NCBI GenBank assembly: GCA_030390025.1
Contig: CM059440.1
Coordinates: 17,918,001 to 17,982,000 of the forward strand
Direction of reading: 5' to 3'
Length of the DNA: 64,000 bases
Source: Squalus acanthias
Taxonomy: Eukaryota
A model generated the notes under the pieces. The model was given only the letters and a program-made list of their open reading frames with translations, ran no database searches and was not told the origin of the DNA. Position 1 is the stretch's first letter. Each line of letters starts with the position of its first letter. The position numbers and the translations under genes were made by a program. This document shows, in pieces, positions 37,627-50,687 of the stretch.

Positions 37627-38022
37627 CCAACAACAACTTGCATTTATATAGCACCCTTAACGTAGTAAAACGTCCCAAGAAGCTTCACAGGAGCGTGATC
37701 AAACAAAATTTAAGACTGAGCCACATAAAGCGATATTAGGACAAGTGACCAAAAGCTTGGTCAAAGAGGTAGGTTTTAAGCAGCATCGTAAAGGAGGAGA
37801 GAGAGGTATAAAGGCAGAGAGGTTTAGGGAGAGAATTCCAGAGCTTAGGGCCTAGGTAGCTGAAAGCACAGCTACCAATGGTGGGAGTGATTAGAATTGG
37901 GGATGTGCAAGAGGCCAGAATTGGAGGAGTGCAGAGATCTTGGAGGGTTGCAGGGTTAGAGGAGGTTACAGAGATGGGGAGGGGAGAGAGCATGGAGCGA
38001 TTTGAAAACATGGATGAGAATT
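37627..38022 (-). mobile_element. L2 LINE 3' end
   Basis: Antisense tail caacaacaacttgcatttatatagc; translation TIG.CAFSYLGPKLWNSLP...FTMLLKTYLF. Confidence 0.9.
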
Positions 38023-38999
38023 AAAAAATTTAAAACACCTTGCATGTGAATAAGTCTAAGATCAGACTTTTCCTTTCCCAGGTACAGATTTATGTTCTTG
38101 GTACAGGAGATGTGTGGGATGCTCTATGACCATGGCTTATGGTTTTACCTCCGTGAGCAAGTTGATGTGCGAGAACATTGGGTGAAGAACAAGATCGAAC
38201 TTGGCTGTGGAGCCTCTCAATGGTCAAGTACCCTGGATGGGTCTCAGCATCTAAACTCAGACATGAGGTCACTAAGGCAAGGCACCCTGCATAAGTCTTC
38301 ACTCTCAGGAGAAAGGAAGAGTAGCTGAAAGGAATAGTAGTGGCTGTGGGGCGAAGGGATGGGGAAGAAAGAGGAGTCTGAAATAAAGAACAGTACTGTC
38401 AACATGGGAGGCCCTAAATAATACTGCACTGAGTTGCAAAGAACCAGGTAACCATATGGAGTGTTTTTTTGTGTTTGTATTAATTATGCTGAACGGATAT
38501 ACGGAGAGTAAGAACAGGATACATGGAACGTATTGTGTCTGAACAACATTAATGTCAGCTACAACCTGTGTGTATTTAACTTCAGTACAAAAGCCAATGA
38601 AGAGCTAAAGCTGTGAATTTGACTCCACAGCTGCTGTGTGGAGAGGGGCCTGCTTATCCAAGTGTTCTGTTGATTCAGTGCAGTAGTGACTGTTACTGTC
38701 TGAGCAGCAACCTGCAATTAAACTTCAGATAGGTAAAGAACAGTTGTCTCGCCATTCACTGGGTTATTTGCATAGTTTACTAGAAGCACTACCAGTGCAA
38801 TATTTGATTTTTCTCCTCCAATTTTCTCATTACCTAAAAGGTGCAGATTGATGCTGGGTACAATCCAGGAGCGCCAGAGTCCAGTACTTGTGCTCCAAGC
38901 TAATTTTCTCCTCTCGAGGCCAATTGCAATACCCCAGGTGAGATCAGCTAAATCAGATCAAATCAGAGGCCTTCTGCAATGTATGACCAACATTCTATT

Positions 39000-39383
39000 T
39001 TTTTTATTCATTGGACGTGGGCATCGCTGACAATGCCAGCATTTTTTGCCCATCCCTAATTGCCCTTTGATACAATTGAGGGGCTTGCTAGGACATTTCA
39101 GAGCGCAGTTAAGAGTCAACCACATTGCTGCAGGTCTGGTGTCACATATAGGCCAGACCAGGTAAGGACGGCAGATTTCCTTTCCTCAAGGACATTAGTA
39201 AACCAAATGGGTTTTTACAACAATCTGGTAGTTACTGATTACTAATACTAGCTTTGATTCCAGATTTATTTAATGAACTGAATTTAAATGCCCCAGTTGT
39301 GGTGGGATTTGAACGCGTGTCTCTGGATCATTATTCCAGGCCTCTTACTAGTCCAGTAACATAACCACTATGCTACCGTTCCC
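39000..39383 (-). mobile_element. Full-length tRNA SINE family C
   Basis: Head (rc) gggaacggtagcatagtggttatg...gttcaaatccc; body aaaacccatttggtttactaatgtcc; tail shared with LINE-B (gggcaattagggatgggc...gcgatgcccac). Confidence 0.85.
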
Positions 39384-39564
39384 GTATTTACTGTACATTT
39401 AAAAAGATTTTCCTTAAACAATTAAAGTTCCTGGTTCTCTTGGTGTTGGTGGTGTTGGTTATGGGAAGAATGATCCACTGTTCCGATAAGTGCAGCGACA
39501 GTTCGTTTTGGGAGGGAGCTGGTTATTTTTTTTTTTAAAGCAAGCTGAAATGGAAGGACAAGAG

Positions 39565-39955
39565 ATCGAAAGAAAGCCATTCATTTATACAACACCTTAT
39601 CGTGCTCCCAAAGCATCATCCAGATTGTTTTTGAAGTTCGGTCCCTGTTATGTGGGTAAACACGGCAGCCAATTTTGTGCACGGGATGATCCCACAAACA
39701 CCAAACGAGATGGGTAACCAGACAATCTGTTTGGTGGTGTTGGTTAAGGGAAGAATGTTGGTCAGGACACTGGGGAGACTCCCTGCTCTTCATTGATTAG
39801 TGCTATGGAATCAGCTACCTCCACCAGGACCAGCAGAACAGACAAACAGGGGCTCAAGTGACGCACCTGTACGGAGGTTTATCTGCTCAGGTATTGGCGT
39901 GGGCTTGAAGATGCACTCTTCTGACTCAGAGGCAAGAGCACTACCAACTGAGTCG
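39565..39955 (-). mobile_element. Diverged DeuSINE-like SINE
   Basis: ggcagccaattttgtgcac...ggtcaggacactggggagactccctgctctt...ttctgactcagaggcaagagcactaccaactgag. Confidence 0.75.
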
Positions 39956-40029
39956 GGCCAAAACTTTGGTTCGAAAGAGGCTAGTGAGTGAAAAGGCCGT
40001 TCAGTCCATCCATCCAGCCAGCTAATTAA

Positions 40030-40395
40030 GGCAGTGAGGATTGAACCACACAGACCAGGAAGATCCCAGGTTCAATCCCCAGATTGTGTGGAGCTAACTG
40101 ATCTCAGCCAAGGTGTTGGTAGAGAGCTGCAATTGCCCTCACCACCCCTGCTGTGGAGGAGAAAAACCAGCCGGCGTTCCTGCTTGCTATCCAATGATCC
40201 TGGCTGCAAAGCGTGGGTGCGGACAAGAGGTGAGAACAGGGCTGGGCTTGGGTGCGATGCCCTCCACTGTCCAATACCCGCCAATACTAGGTGCACTCAA
40301 AGAATGATTGTTTGGTTGAGGTATTGTACTCCAGCAAAGATTTTAGGAAAGGGGGAAAGGATGGAGGACAACTGGCAGGAGAGAAGGTGGAAATA
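40030..40395 (+). mobile_element. SINE family B, near full length
   Basis: cagaccaggaagatcccaggttcaatccc...gctaactgatctcagcc...gctatccaatgatcctggctg...ggtgagaacaggg. Confidence 0.78.
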
Positions 40396-42252
40396 AAGGA
40401 AACAGCATTGACTCAATCCATTGATAAATAGTCCTAACTAATAGCTTACCAAAGATGGCAGTTTGCGTTTACCTACTGTTGTCTTATTTTGAAAATGCTA
40501 CTGAAAAAGTTGTCAGATTTTGTCTGTGACAGACAATAGTCTTTATCGGTGAGGGATAGAGTTTGGCTTCATCTGCATACTAACCGCCAGGAAGTCCATG
40601 ACTCGTTGAGATCTCTCGACACAAAACTTCAATAATAGGTCAACTCAGTGTAAATAGACTGGAGTAATAACTCATCCTGTTTGATCAGCGCTGGGCCAAC
40701 AAGAAACTGAGACACCCAGCTTCACGTACTTACAGCAAGTGCAGATGGAAGCATCCCCTACACTAAATATTGGTCCTTGTTCCATCACTGCCCGAGGTGT
40801 AAGAAAGCTACATCTTTTGAAGAAAGCTCTGCGTTGAAGGCACCTCAGGATTAGCAGTCTGGAGCCATCGATACAACTTTGGGAATCTGTTACATCAGCA
40901 GGTGAAAATCCCACCGAGTGTCATTTGGCAACTAGATGTCTTAACCCGTGCGGCTATGTCTGGGCGATGCCACGATAGACACACCATGCGGGATACCTCA
41001 GCCTCCTCTATTACACCCTTTGTCTTTGTTTCTTAAGCTCCTCATCAGCAATCTGAAAGGAGAGCCTAAAGTTGCCCTACTCATTGCAACCTCCCAGGCC
41101 TATAGCAGCAAGGGAGGACTGCTCCTTTGGTATCGTGCAAGTATTAGCAAGTGAAATCCACAAGACGAGGATGATGATGATATTCCATTAAAAGGTTTCA
41201 ACTTCTGAGGGTTTCACTGGTGAACCCCTCTGGCTGTATAAATTATGCTTATCCAAGATTTAATTTAAAAAAACAGTTTCAAAAAGGTACCAATCAGTCT
41301 CGCATGTCATCAGTGAAAGGAAGGCATTTTCTGATATCAATAAAATATAGCAATGATAGAAGTGCCTGAATCAATGAATCATGGATACTCAGACTAAAAA
41401 ATGTCGTTACAAATTTAAATTTTTGGTTGTGTTCTTTTCCCCTCAGTCCCCATAGCAATAAAGAATCAATTTTTAACTATAAGGCACCTACAAAGGAAGT
41501 CTATTTCACGCTTTATTAGACACAGAGCACTTTTACACTCAGCTTTAAAGGCTTTTTAAATTACCTATTGGAAACTACAAACAGCGGGCATGTGTAAAAA
41601 TAAATGCAGGTATGATCTGAACTTTCAAAATCTATTAACACTTAAAAGACTAATCTGATCATTTACACAGTCTGCATTTTCTGTTTTTCTTTACAAAAAG
41701 GTACATAAAACGCTGGCAAAAATTTAAAAAAAACTATTGCTTCTGCTGGTAATTTCTAGCTTCTGCACATATTTTAACTGCAGTTGCAAATTATTTTGTG
41801 GTGTTATCATTACCATATAAACAGACTCGAGGACTATATGAAAAAATAACCTGCAGCCACAAACATTCCCCTGGAACAAATACACTTTCAACATCCCAAC
41901 AGAATCCCTTCTGCTACTTTAAACTGGCCGTTTTCCATTGACTGCTGCCCAAAGGTGCATTGCTGGACTGAAGTAGGTGCAGCTGGTTTAAATATGGACT
42001 CCCAGAACAGAGCCATCCAATGTACAGGCCAAGCAATTACTTGCACCTATACATATATAGCACCAGCTCTCAGGAGAACTGGACAGCAGTGAGTAAGGAA
42101 ACAAGAACTACCTGAGGCAACAAAGTCACTTGGAAATTAAGTGTTGATTTGGAATAATGCAAAGAACTAGACAGGTAAAGCACCAGTCATTAGAGGACAC
42201 CTGTCCACTCCACTGTTACTTCACAGCTGAAAAGCCAATATGGTATCACTCT

Positions 42253-42707
42253 TAACAACAACTTGCAGTTATATAGCACCTTTAACATAGTAAAATGTCT
42301 CAAGGCGCTTCACAGGAGCATTATCAAACAAAATTTGATACAAAGCCACGAGATATTAGGACAGATGAGCGGTAAGGTTTAAAGAGCATCTTAAAGGAGG
42401 AGAGAGAGGTAGAGAGGTTTAGAGAGAGAATTCCAGAGCTTAGGGCCTTGGCAGCTGAAGGCACGGCCACCAATGGTGGAGCGATTAAAATCAGGGCTGC
42501 ACAAGAGGCCAGAATTGGAGGAGCAGAGATCTTGGAGGGTTGTATGGCTGGAGGAGGTTACAAAGATAGGGAGGGGGCAAGGCAATGGAGGGATTTGAAA
42601 ACAAGGATGAGAATTTTAAAATCGAGGCGTTGCCGGACCGGGAGCTAATGTAGGCCAGCAAGGGGTGACGAGTGAACGGGATTTGGTGCGAGTTAGGATA
42701 CGGGCAG
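42253..42707 (-). mobile_element. L2 LINE 3' end
   Basis: aacaacaacttgcagttatatagc; translation STIGGRAFSCQGPKLWNSL. Confidence 0.88.
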
Positions 42708-42869
42708 CATAGAAGGAGGCCATTCGACCCATCAAGTCTCTGCTGGCTATTTCCAAGAACAATCCAAAACTAATCCCACTGCCTCCCTCTTCCTTTGTTT
42801 CAAATATTTATCCAATTTTCCCTTAAAAGAGGCAATGGTCTTTTTGCATGTGCGCGTCCCTGATCTCCA

Positions 42870-43190
42870 TTGATATAGCTGAACTCAACAAAGGCAGCAA
42901 CTGGGGCACAACAGTTGGCCTGAAACCTCTGATTAGGGGTGGGGAAGAGAAATCAGCCAGGCTTCATGCTCCTGATCACCAGCCAATGACTCCTGCTGGA
43001 AGGTGTGGGCAGATGTTGGGGGAGAACTGGATCGAGCTCAACTGTGACGCCCGCAACAGTAAAATAGCCTGCTGATGGTCACTCCCTAAGCTCACAAATT
43101 AATAGCCGCTTCAACAAGGTACCAAAGGGCAGATGGGCTCTGTAGAACTGAACCTCAGCAAGAGTCAGCATCTATCGAAGAGGAGGATAG
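42870..43190 (+). mobile_element. SINE family B
   Basis: aaatcagccagg...gctcctgatc...cctgctggaaggtg...aatagcctgctga...cagcaagagtcagc. Confidence 0.75.
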
Positions 43191-43999
43191 TGTGCCAATG
43201 TTACATCTTTTCACGTTTCCTCACTGTGTCACTTTGAAAGCAGTGTAATTACCCATCATCACTATTATACTGCAATAAATTCAGCAGCAGCTACACAATC
43301 AAGAGTGACCTGTTTGCGACGGATGGGTGCTTTTTTCAATCTTTGGAAATGTACATTTTATCCCTCTCCAACAATGACTTGAGAGTTAATTTGATTTTGT
43401 TAAAGCTCAAACAGTAACGCCAGCTAAAAATCCCTAAACCTCATATCTGCACAAAACCTTTGCACGGTTTCAGCAACACACGTCAACAATTCCCCCAGTT
43501 ATTGGAGTGGATAAACAAATAGATCTTTTTTTCTTCAATCTCTTTAGAGATCTCAATGTAAACAAGGAGCAGCAGGCTATTTACCAGCTGCAAAAATTTT
43601 CCCAATGCTCCAGAATAGCTGCTCTGAGGCTCACAGCTCTCACTAAAAGAAAAGATAATGGCCTCGTATCAAAACCGCCGCTCCAGAAGGTTTACAATGT
43701 ACCAAGGCCTTTTTTTATGAACCTGTCCTTGATAGCCCAACACCAAACCCACTGGATCTCATTATCTCAATGCAAATTGCTGCCTCGCTTGTGCCATTTT
43801 AGTGACAGATTTAATTCATGTAAATTTATAGGCCAATTCTACAGCTGTTTTATAGACTTTTATTTGATACCAAGAGATGCCAACTGCTGCCCAAGAGCAA
43901 AAAGAATCACAATGCTGATCTCCATCAGCTCTTGGACAGCTATCTCCGTCTTGTGAGGATCTGTGGGATTACTCTGTGCATGGTCACTCTTGGGAAATG

Positions 44000-44670
44000 G
44001 TGACAGTGGTTACCAGGTTCAATTGCTGCTCTGTGCCGAGTTAACTGATTTCACTGGATCAGGAGTAGGGTTTACAACTGGCCTCAGTGCCTCATGGGCT
44101 AGGAATAGGGGAAAAAAAATAACCCATGCTCCTGAACTCTTTCCAGTAACTCCTCCTACAAAGGGCATGCGTGTGGTCAAGGTTGGCTAGAAATTTCTCC
44201 ATGTGCTACATTTATCATGAGAAAAGCCCATTATACTATGGGTGCGGTAGTGTAGTTGGACAGGTACTTGAGGATGAGGTACTTACAGGGTTACACACAA
44301 AAAGCAAGGGGGTGGGGGTGGTGTGGGACTAAGCACAACTGCTCTTTCAAACAGCCAGCACAGGCACGATGGGCTGTAAGTTTCTATGATTATGTTTGGC
44401 TATGGGTAAATGTAATGCAAGCTGGAATTTCTAGCCAGCGATGAACATCGGATCAGGCTTGGCTGTGATTCTTCGCCCACGACAGTCGAATGATCCGCCA
44501 ACATGCTCTGCCTAGGCTCACACATCAATAATGCTCACTTGAGTGAGGAACAGTAGGGTTACACAGTAGCTGTATAATAGTACTACAGCATGAGTCAGCA
44601 TGTTCTGGAGAGGAGAGGGAAAAAGCTGAGGAATTTGTTCGGGGGCGGGAGGGGGAAAGAGAGAGAATTG
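44000..44670 (+). mobile_element. SINE family B split by a CR1 tail (~44250-44395)
   Basis: ccaggttcaatt...tgtgccgagttaactgat before; ggatcaggcttggctgtga...ctaggctcacac...gagtcagc after. Confidence 0.65.
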
Positions 44671-46349
44671 AAAAATAAATTTTTTGAACCTCTATTTCGG
44701 CTTGCATCAGTGTTTTACAAAAAATAAAATCATCTCACTAGCAATACTGATAAATGGGGCACAATAATCAATAACATTCAAGCTAGCTAACATTTAGTGG
44801 ATATTTCAATTCCGTTAGAATCCATTCCCACAAAAATATACAGGGTCTGCATACCTCCAGGAGCCAGTTATCAAACACCATCACAGAGCCATTGTATCAC
44901 ATCATCAATCTGGTTTCTGGGGATGCTCCATGGCACAGGGAGAAAAATAGCAGTTACTGTATAAAAAAAAAATCAATATCTAAATAAAATACCAATCACA
45001 TCTACATCCTTACACTTACAACTAGCAGCAATGTTGGACCTCCAATCCTTCTATAATTTGCCGAATTTTAAAATCCAACCTTTGCAACACCTAAGCACTA
45101 CTGCTTTGCTTACCTAATCTTCTCTCCTACTCTTTTGCACAATGGTGCTGTCCTGCACTATATGCCTCGGTTCTTCGCCTCAGTAAGATAGTAAAATTCT
45201 TAAGGCTGCACCCACTTCCTGTCTACAAAAGCTTACTTCTGTTGTCAAGTTTTTATCATACTCCTGTATCAACTTTTTCCATTATAATGGAAACAGCCTA
45301 TGTAAACTGGTCACGGTGTAATGCAGCCTCCCGCCAGTGGTGGCGGCGCTGCAGTGCCTCTCCCAGTTCCTCAGGCTCGACTTCCATGTTCCAACCAACT
45401 CTACTTCTCACTATAAATAATAATGTATAATAGAAGTACTATCTAAAAATAAGGACAAAATGTTTGACTTTAAAATGGGGGCTGAATTACATTGGCGCAC
45501 CCTGTTCCAATTATCCCTCATCCTGTAACTCCGCTTCACCTAAAGGCTACACTTGGTCTTGGCTCCCCACAGGAAACCAGCAAGTACAAAAAGAACATGA
45601 AGGGTTATCAGATTTTAGTGATTGTGAAGCAAATGGCTGATTGCAGACTTCGGCATTTAACAGGAGCTAAGAAAGGTGATGGGTAATGGCACACAGGCCA
45701 GCCTACCCATCATAGCAGTGTCGATAGTGGTTCAGATACATATCCGGAGGCTAGAGACCGTCGTCAGTTCCACAGCCTCCAGGGAAGCCCAGCTTGTTTG
45801 CAAGTTTGCTAATTGGTTTTCAGTTATGTGTAGCAGCCCTACTAATCAAGCCCCAAAAATTATTTTCAGCCTGGACTGATAAAAATAATTAACTCAGCTG
45901 GCTGTGGGGTTGAATACAGATTATTTTGCCTGCGAAAATGTATCAGATTTGCCCCAGTCTTTCCGAAAACCTGTGCTGGCTGCTGAACGCAAGAATCGAG
46001 AACAGAGACCAAGAAAAGATGCCCATCAAACTCGCTCCTACCAATAGAGTGTATGTCACTGGTCCTGCCATGGTTACTCATACACATTGCAGTAACATAG
46101 TAAAGTTTTGGCTGGGAGAAGACTTTTGATCCATCTAGCCTGCCCTTCCAAATCTCCCATCACTTTAGATTCTGGAACTAATATCCCTGCATCTCCTTGC
46201 CCAACAGGAATTCATCCTTCACTTTTTTAAAGCCTGCCATGGTTCTCTGTTCCACACTCTCGCTGCTAATCTGTTTCATAATTCTATCACAGTCTCACGA
46301 AAAAATATTTCCTAAGTTTCCCATTTGACTTAATTTTAAACTGTGTCCC

Positions 46350-46640
46350 GTCACGGGCTAGGGAGGGGGCGGGGGGGGAATCAGAAGTTCCCATTTTTGA
46401 TCACTATCCAATGACCCCTGCTGGAGCTTGAGCACATGCAAATGTCAGGTGAGAGCAGAATTGCAGGTCAGCGCTGAAGACTTTCACGGTCGAATGTCCT
46501 GTAGACACTCACTGTCTCGGCTCACACATGAAGAAAATTCAGTTGAGTGAGGAAGTAGAGGCCTGACGAAGCCTGTTGGATTGTGCTCCAGTACTTTGGG
46601 GAAAGGAGGGGACAGAGGGGAGAAAATTACTGGAAAAAGG
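46350..46640 (+). mobile_element. SINE family B (3' part)
   Basis: gatcactatccaatgacccctgctgg...gacactcactgtctcggctcacacatgaagaa. Confidence 0.72.
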
Positions 46641-47289
46641 AAGGAAAAAAATTTGATTTTCTGATGAGGTCAATATCCAAAACTTAAATTCCTCAATCAC
46701 AAAGGCAACAAAGTGCAATGTTGATTGTTGTTGATTTGAGTTCATTGGACACATGCCTGAGTTTCACACTATCCTGACACAAGGAACACACTCCAGTTTT
46801 GGTATAATCACAATTGGCCAACATCATAACTTGCAATTAGTCAAACCCTTTGTAATTGGTGACAACCCTGTTTACTATAATGCAGGTGCAGGTCCTGTTT
46901 AATTACCCGGGAAACCCTTGGGCTCTGAGCATTGATGGCGGTTTGAGACAGGTGGAGAACAATACCTGCACAGGAAAGTATTTGCAACCCGAAGCATTCC
47001 TTCACCCCTCTGATCGAAGGGCAAATTCTTCACGTCGAATCCTAGGGAGGACCCAGTCCGAGAGGAAACAGAGCCTCTGCTGACGGATGAGGCCGTTCAG
47101 TCAGTGGGCGGCTCTCATTACATTGAGTGACGAGTGTCAATTCTTCCCAATGCTGGATGCTAATCTTGGTTATTTGTCATGATTAAAACATTCAAAGTTA
47201 CAGTGAGACTCCAGTAATTAGGATTAACTGCTTCAGTGACATATCTACCATATGCTCTCACAGAAAATTATCTTTCATATAAATGACTG

Positions 47290-47555
47290 AGTTGTTGCTG
47301 AGCCACACAGGCAGCAAGGTCCCAGGTTCAATTCTTGCTCTTTGCCGTGTTAGCTCACCTCAGCCAGGGTAACAAGATGGGGATCCTACGATTGGCCTCA
47401 ATCCCCCAGGACGACAAAGGAGCAAAGAAAACAGCCAAGGTTCCTGCTTCATCATTAAACAGTAACTCCTGTTGGAATGTAGACGGGTGTGGATGTTAAG
47501 TCGATTAGAATGCCGACATTCACTCTCACGGCTCACATGAGGAATGACCAAAGAA
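47290..47555 (+). mobile_element. SINE family B (internally deleted)
   Basis: aaggtcccaggttcaatt...gttagctcacctcagcc...gattggcctca...gctcacatgaggaatg. Confidence 0.68.
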
Positions 47556-48119
47556 CCGGTGCATGCATCCGCAGAGGGACTGACTGACTTCTCGCTGCAC
47601 GACCCGCAGACAAGGGTCCCTTGCAGACTGCCCTATGAATCCATGTGACGAATTTCTCATCGCTGAGACTGCCATTACCTGTACAACAGTTTTCCACCAA
47701 GAGTCAGTTCCTTCGGGAAAGAAAGTGGGAGGGAATTTTAAAAAGACTCGCACTATAATCGCACAACACCACTGTCATTATGGTTAGCGTGATGTCAATA
47801 GTTTCTTCCTTTTTTTAAATGTGTGTAATAATATAGTGTGTGTGTTAGGAAGAATATAAACAGCTGGTTTATGGCTCAACTGAATAACTGCTTTATAACT
47901 GACTGTAAGCTATTCATTGTTATGTATGCAGGACAGCCAATTATGGGAAAAGTCACCTGTAATGCTAAAGGTCTCGCACCACAAGACGAATGTTCCTTTT
48001 GGTTCTCTGTCATTGTCTTGATATCCACTGTCCTCCAATGCAGCTGGGGCCCATTTACACACCACCTCCTCCCTCACTTACAAACCCCCAGAGAACAAGA
48101 AGTTTAAAGCAGAGAGACC

Positions 48120-49300
48120 GACCGTTCAGCCATCGTATCCATGTCGGCTCATTGCTAAGCAATCCAAAACTATTCCCACTGCCCCACTCTCTCCCCGTAA
48201 CTCTATTTCCCTCTGCTTCAAACATTTAACTGATTTTTTTTCCTTTAAAAGATGCAATGGTCTGTGCCTTAACCACTCCCTGTGGCAAAGCATTACACGC
48301 TCCAACAATTGTGTGTGAAGAAATTTCTCCTAATCTCACCTCCTCCTCCTCTGTGATAATTTTAAACTGACAACACCTCATCACGGACTTCCCAACCAGA
48401 GGAAGTAGTCTTTCCCCCTCACTGTATTAAAACTCTGCAGAATTTTAAAAATTTCAATAAAATTTCCTTTTAGCCTTCTCTGCTCCAGTGGAAATCGTCT
48501 CAGTATCTTATGTCCCTCCTCAGGAAGGGGTGGTCATTCAGCCCCTCAAGCCTGTTCTGCAATTCAATTAGATCATGGCTGAACTGTATCTTAACTCCAT
48601 CTACCCGCCTTGTTTCCGTAACCCTTAATACCCTTGCCCAACAAAAATCTATCAATCTCAGTTTTGACATTTCCAATTGACCCCTAGCCACAACAGCTTT
48701 TTGGGGGAGAGTTTTCCAGATTTCCACTATCCTTTGTGTGAAGAAGTGCTTCCTGACATCACCCTGAACGGCCTAGCTCTAATTTTAAGGTTTTGCCCCT
48801 TGTACTGGACTCACCCCACCAGAGGAAATAGTTTCTCTCTATCTACCCCATCAACTCCTATAGTCATTCAAACACCTCAATTAGATCACCCCGCAATCTT
48901 CTGTACTCAAGGGAATGCAAACCTAGTCTACACAACCTGTCCTCATAATTTAACTCTTTTAGCCCAGGTATCATTCTGGTGAATCTGCGCGGCACTCACT
49001 CCAAGGCCAATATATCCTTCCTGAGGTGCGGTGCCCAGAACTGACCGTAATACTCCAGATGCGGTTTAACCAGAGCTTTATATAACTCGAACATAACTTC
49101 CACCTCACTGTATTCCAGCCCACTTGAGATAAAGTATAGCTGCAGCTTTGCTGTTCCTGGGATCATTAGGTTAATATATGCCATTTTCTCTCTACAGCTT
49201 TCAAGTTCTTTCCAGAACTGCATACAGTACTCTTAACTGTAGCCTAATAAGTAGCTTGTACAAATTTATCAATACCTTCTTGCTCTTGTACTCTATGCCT
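48120..49300 (-). mobile_element. Cluster of CR1 3' fragments (~48120-48495, ~48505-49135, ~49160-49300)
   Basis: Translation GLEY...[31 protein letters not shown]; repeated antisense CR1 3'UTRs. Confidence 0.85.
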
Positions 49301-50164
49301 CTAGATGTGCTGCTACATGTATATCTGGGTAGCTATCAATGGCCCACCAGCTCTGGCATGTTGCAAGAGTTGAGCTACAAAGGGAATGATGAAAAAATAA
49401 TGGGGTGGCCCCTTGACAAAATGTTTGAGTAACTTTACACTGCATCTTGCAGGAATACATCTCTGTCAAACTCTCTTCCTGTTAGCGGAGCCTGTAACAC
49501 TTCCAATCTAGCATCATAATATTGTTTAACATTTATTCATGTTAGATTTCCAACTAGGGATGTGAAGTTGGACAGCGAAGCACAACTGCCTGAACAGTGG
49601 CTGTTTAAGGAAATTGGTAATGGAAAAGTGAGAGCTAGGACCAACACGTGGAAAGTGTAATTATTGGAAGACAATATGCATTATTATAAATAATAAAAAC
49701 ATGTTTGGGAGTGTGCTCAAGGCTGTAACACACTCAAGAGGCTGATGATGTCTATAACCTGCCATAGTGGTTTATACAGTAATTCAAATCACTTGAGTGT
49801 GTTACAGGACTTCCAACACAGTCTCGATACCGGTTACTCTCTAATACATTGCTAGTGGATTCTTAATGAACATATGATTAACCTACAAATCTTTACTGAT
49901 CCTTGGAAGGGCTATTTTTAGAAAAGCATTCTATACTAAACACTGGGATCAGGTAACAGCAGCACAGAGGTACACGGGCATTCACTATAAATGTATGATA
50001 CCCAATTCCTAATTCACCAGGTTGTGGTTTCCAGCAGCACTTGAGCACATAATCTAGGCTGACACTTCCAGTTCTGAGGAGCGATGTAATGTTGGAGGTG
50101 CCATTTTTCAGATGAGACTCTCATGTTTCAAGATTGTTTGACTATTTTTCCAAAGAAAGGATAT

Positions 50165-50199
50165 GGCGGGGGGGGGGGGGGGGGGGGGGGGCGGGGGGG
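50165..50199 (+). repeat. Poly-G tract
   Basis: ggcggg(g)n cggggggg, about 30 G. Confidence 0.9.
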
Positions 50200-50687
50200 A
50201 AAGAGTTCCTTTTAGATATAGTGCTTTAAAGCATAGTGCATTCATACAAGTTTTTTTGTAAAAAAGGAACTGAGACGATATGTGGTTAAAATAAGTTAAG
50301 CTTTGATGTTGTTTCACCATAGATTGTAAATAATAAGCACTTCATTAGTCTGTATCAGTAATCAATAAGCACCTCACATTGTGTTGGGAAGTCTCAGATC
50401 CCTTTTGGCTGTGAGCAGAGGAAAGTAAAAAAAGAAAATAGAAACTGAAACAGAGTAAGTCAGGTCTACTGTGGAGGGGGAATATCCAAGGGAAGACACT
50501 GAACTTCTAACAGACATTCTGGTCTCTATAGTTCAGTTACATACAGACTACAAATCCCTTTAAGTCCTTGCCCCACCCTATCTTTGCAATCTTCTTCAAC
50601 CTTACATCCCCCTCCTGTCCCTCCAGTGCGCTGGCTTTAGTTTACTGTACAACATATCCAAACCTTCAGCCATCTCAGACCTACTGT

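Noticed and set aside
47660-47675. gctgagactgcca match to recalled LF-SINE sequence
   Set aside because: Only 13 nt with no extension; compatible with chance.
49740-49795. Possible C/D box snoRNA (TGATGA after a terminal stem) or solo LTR (TGTAAC...GTTACA)
   Set aside because: No CTGA D box next to the 3' stem, no TSD, and too short for an LTR.
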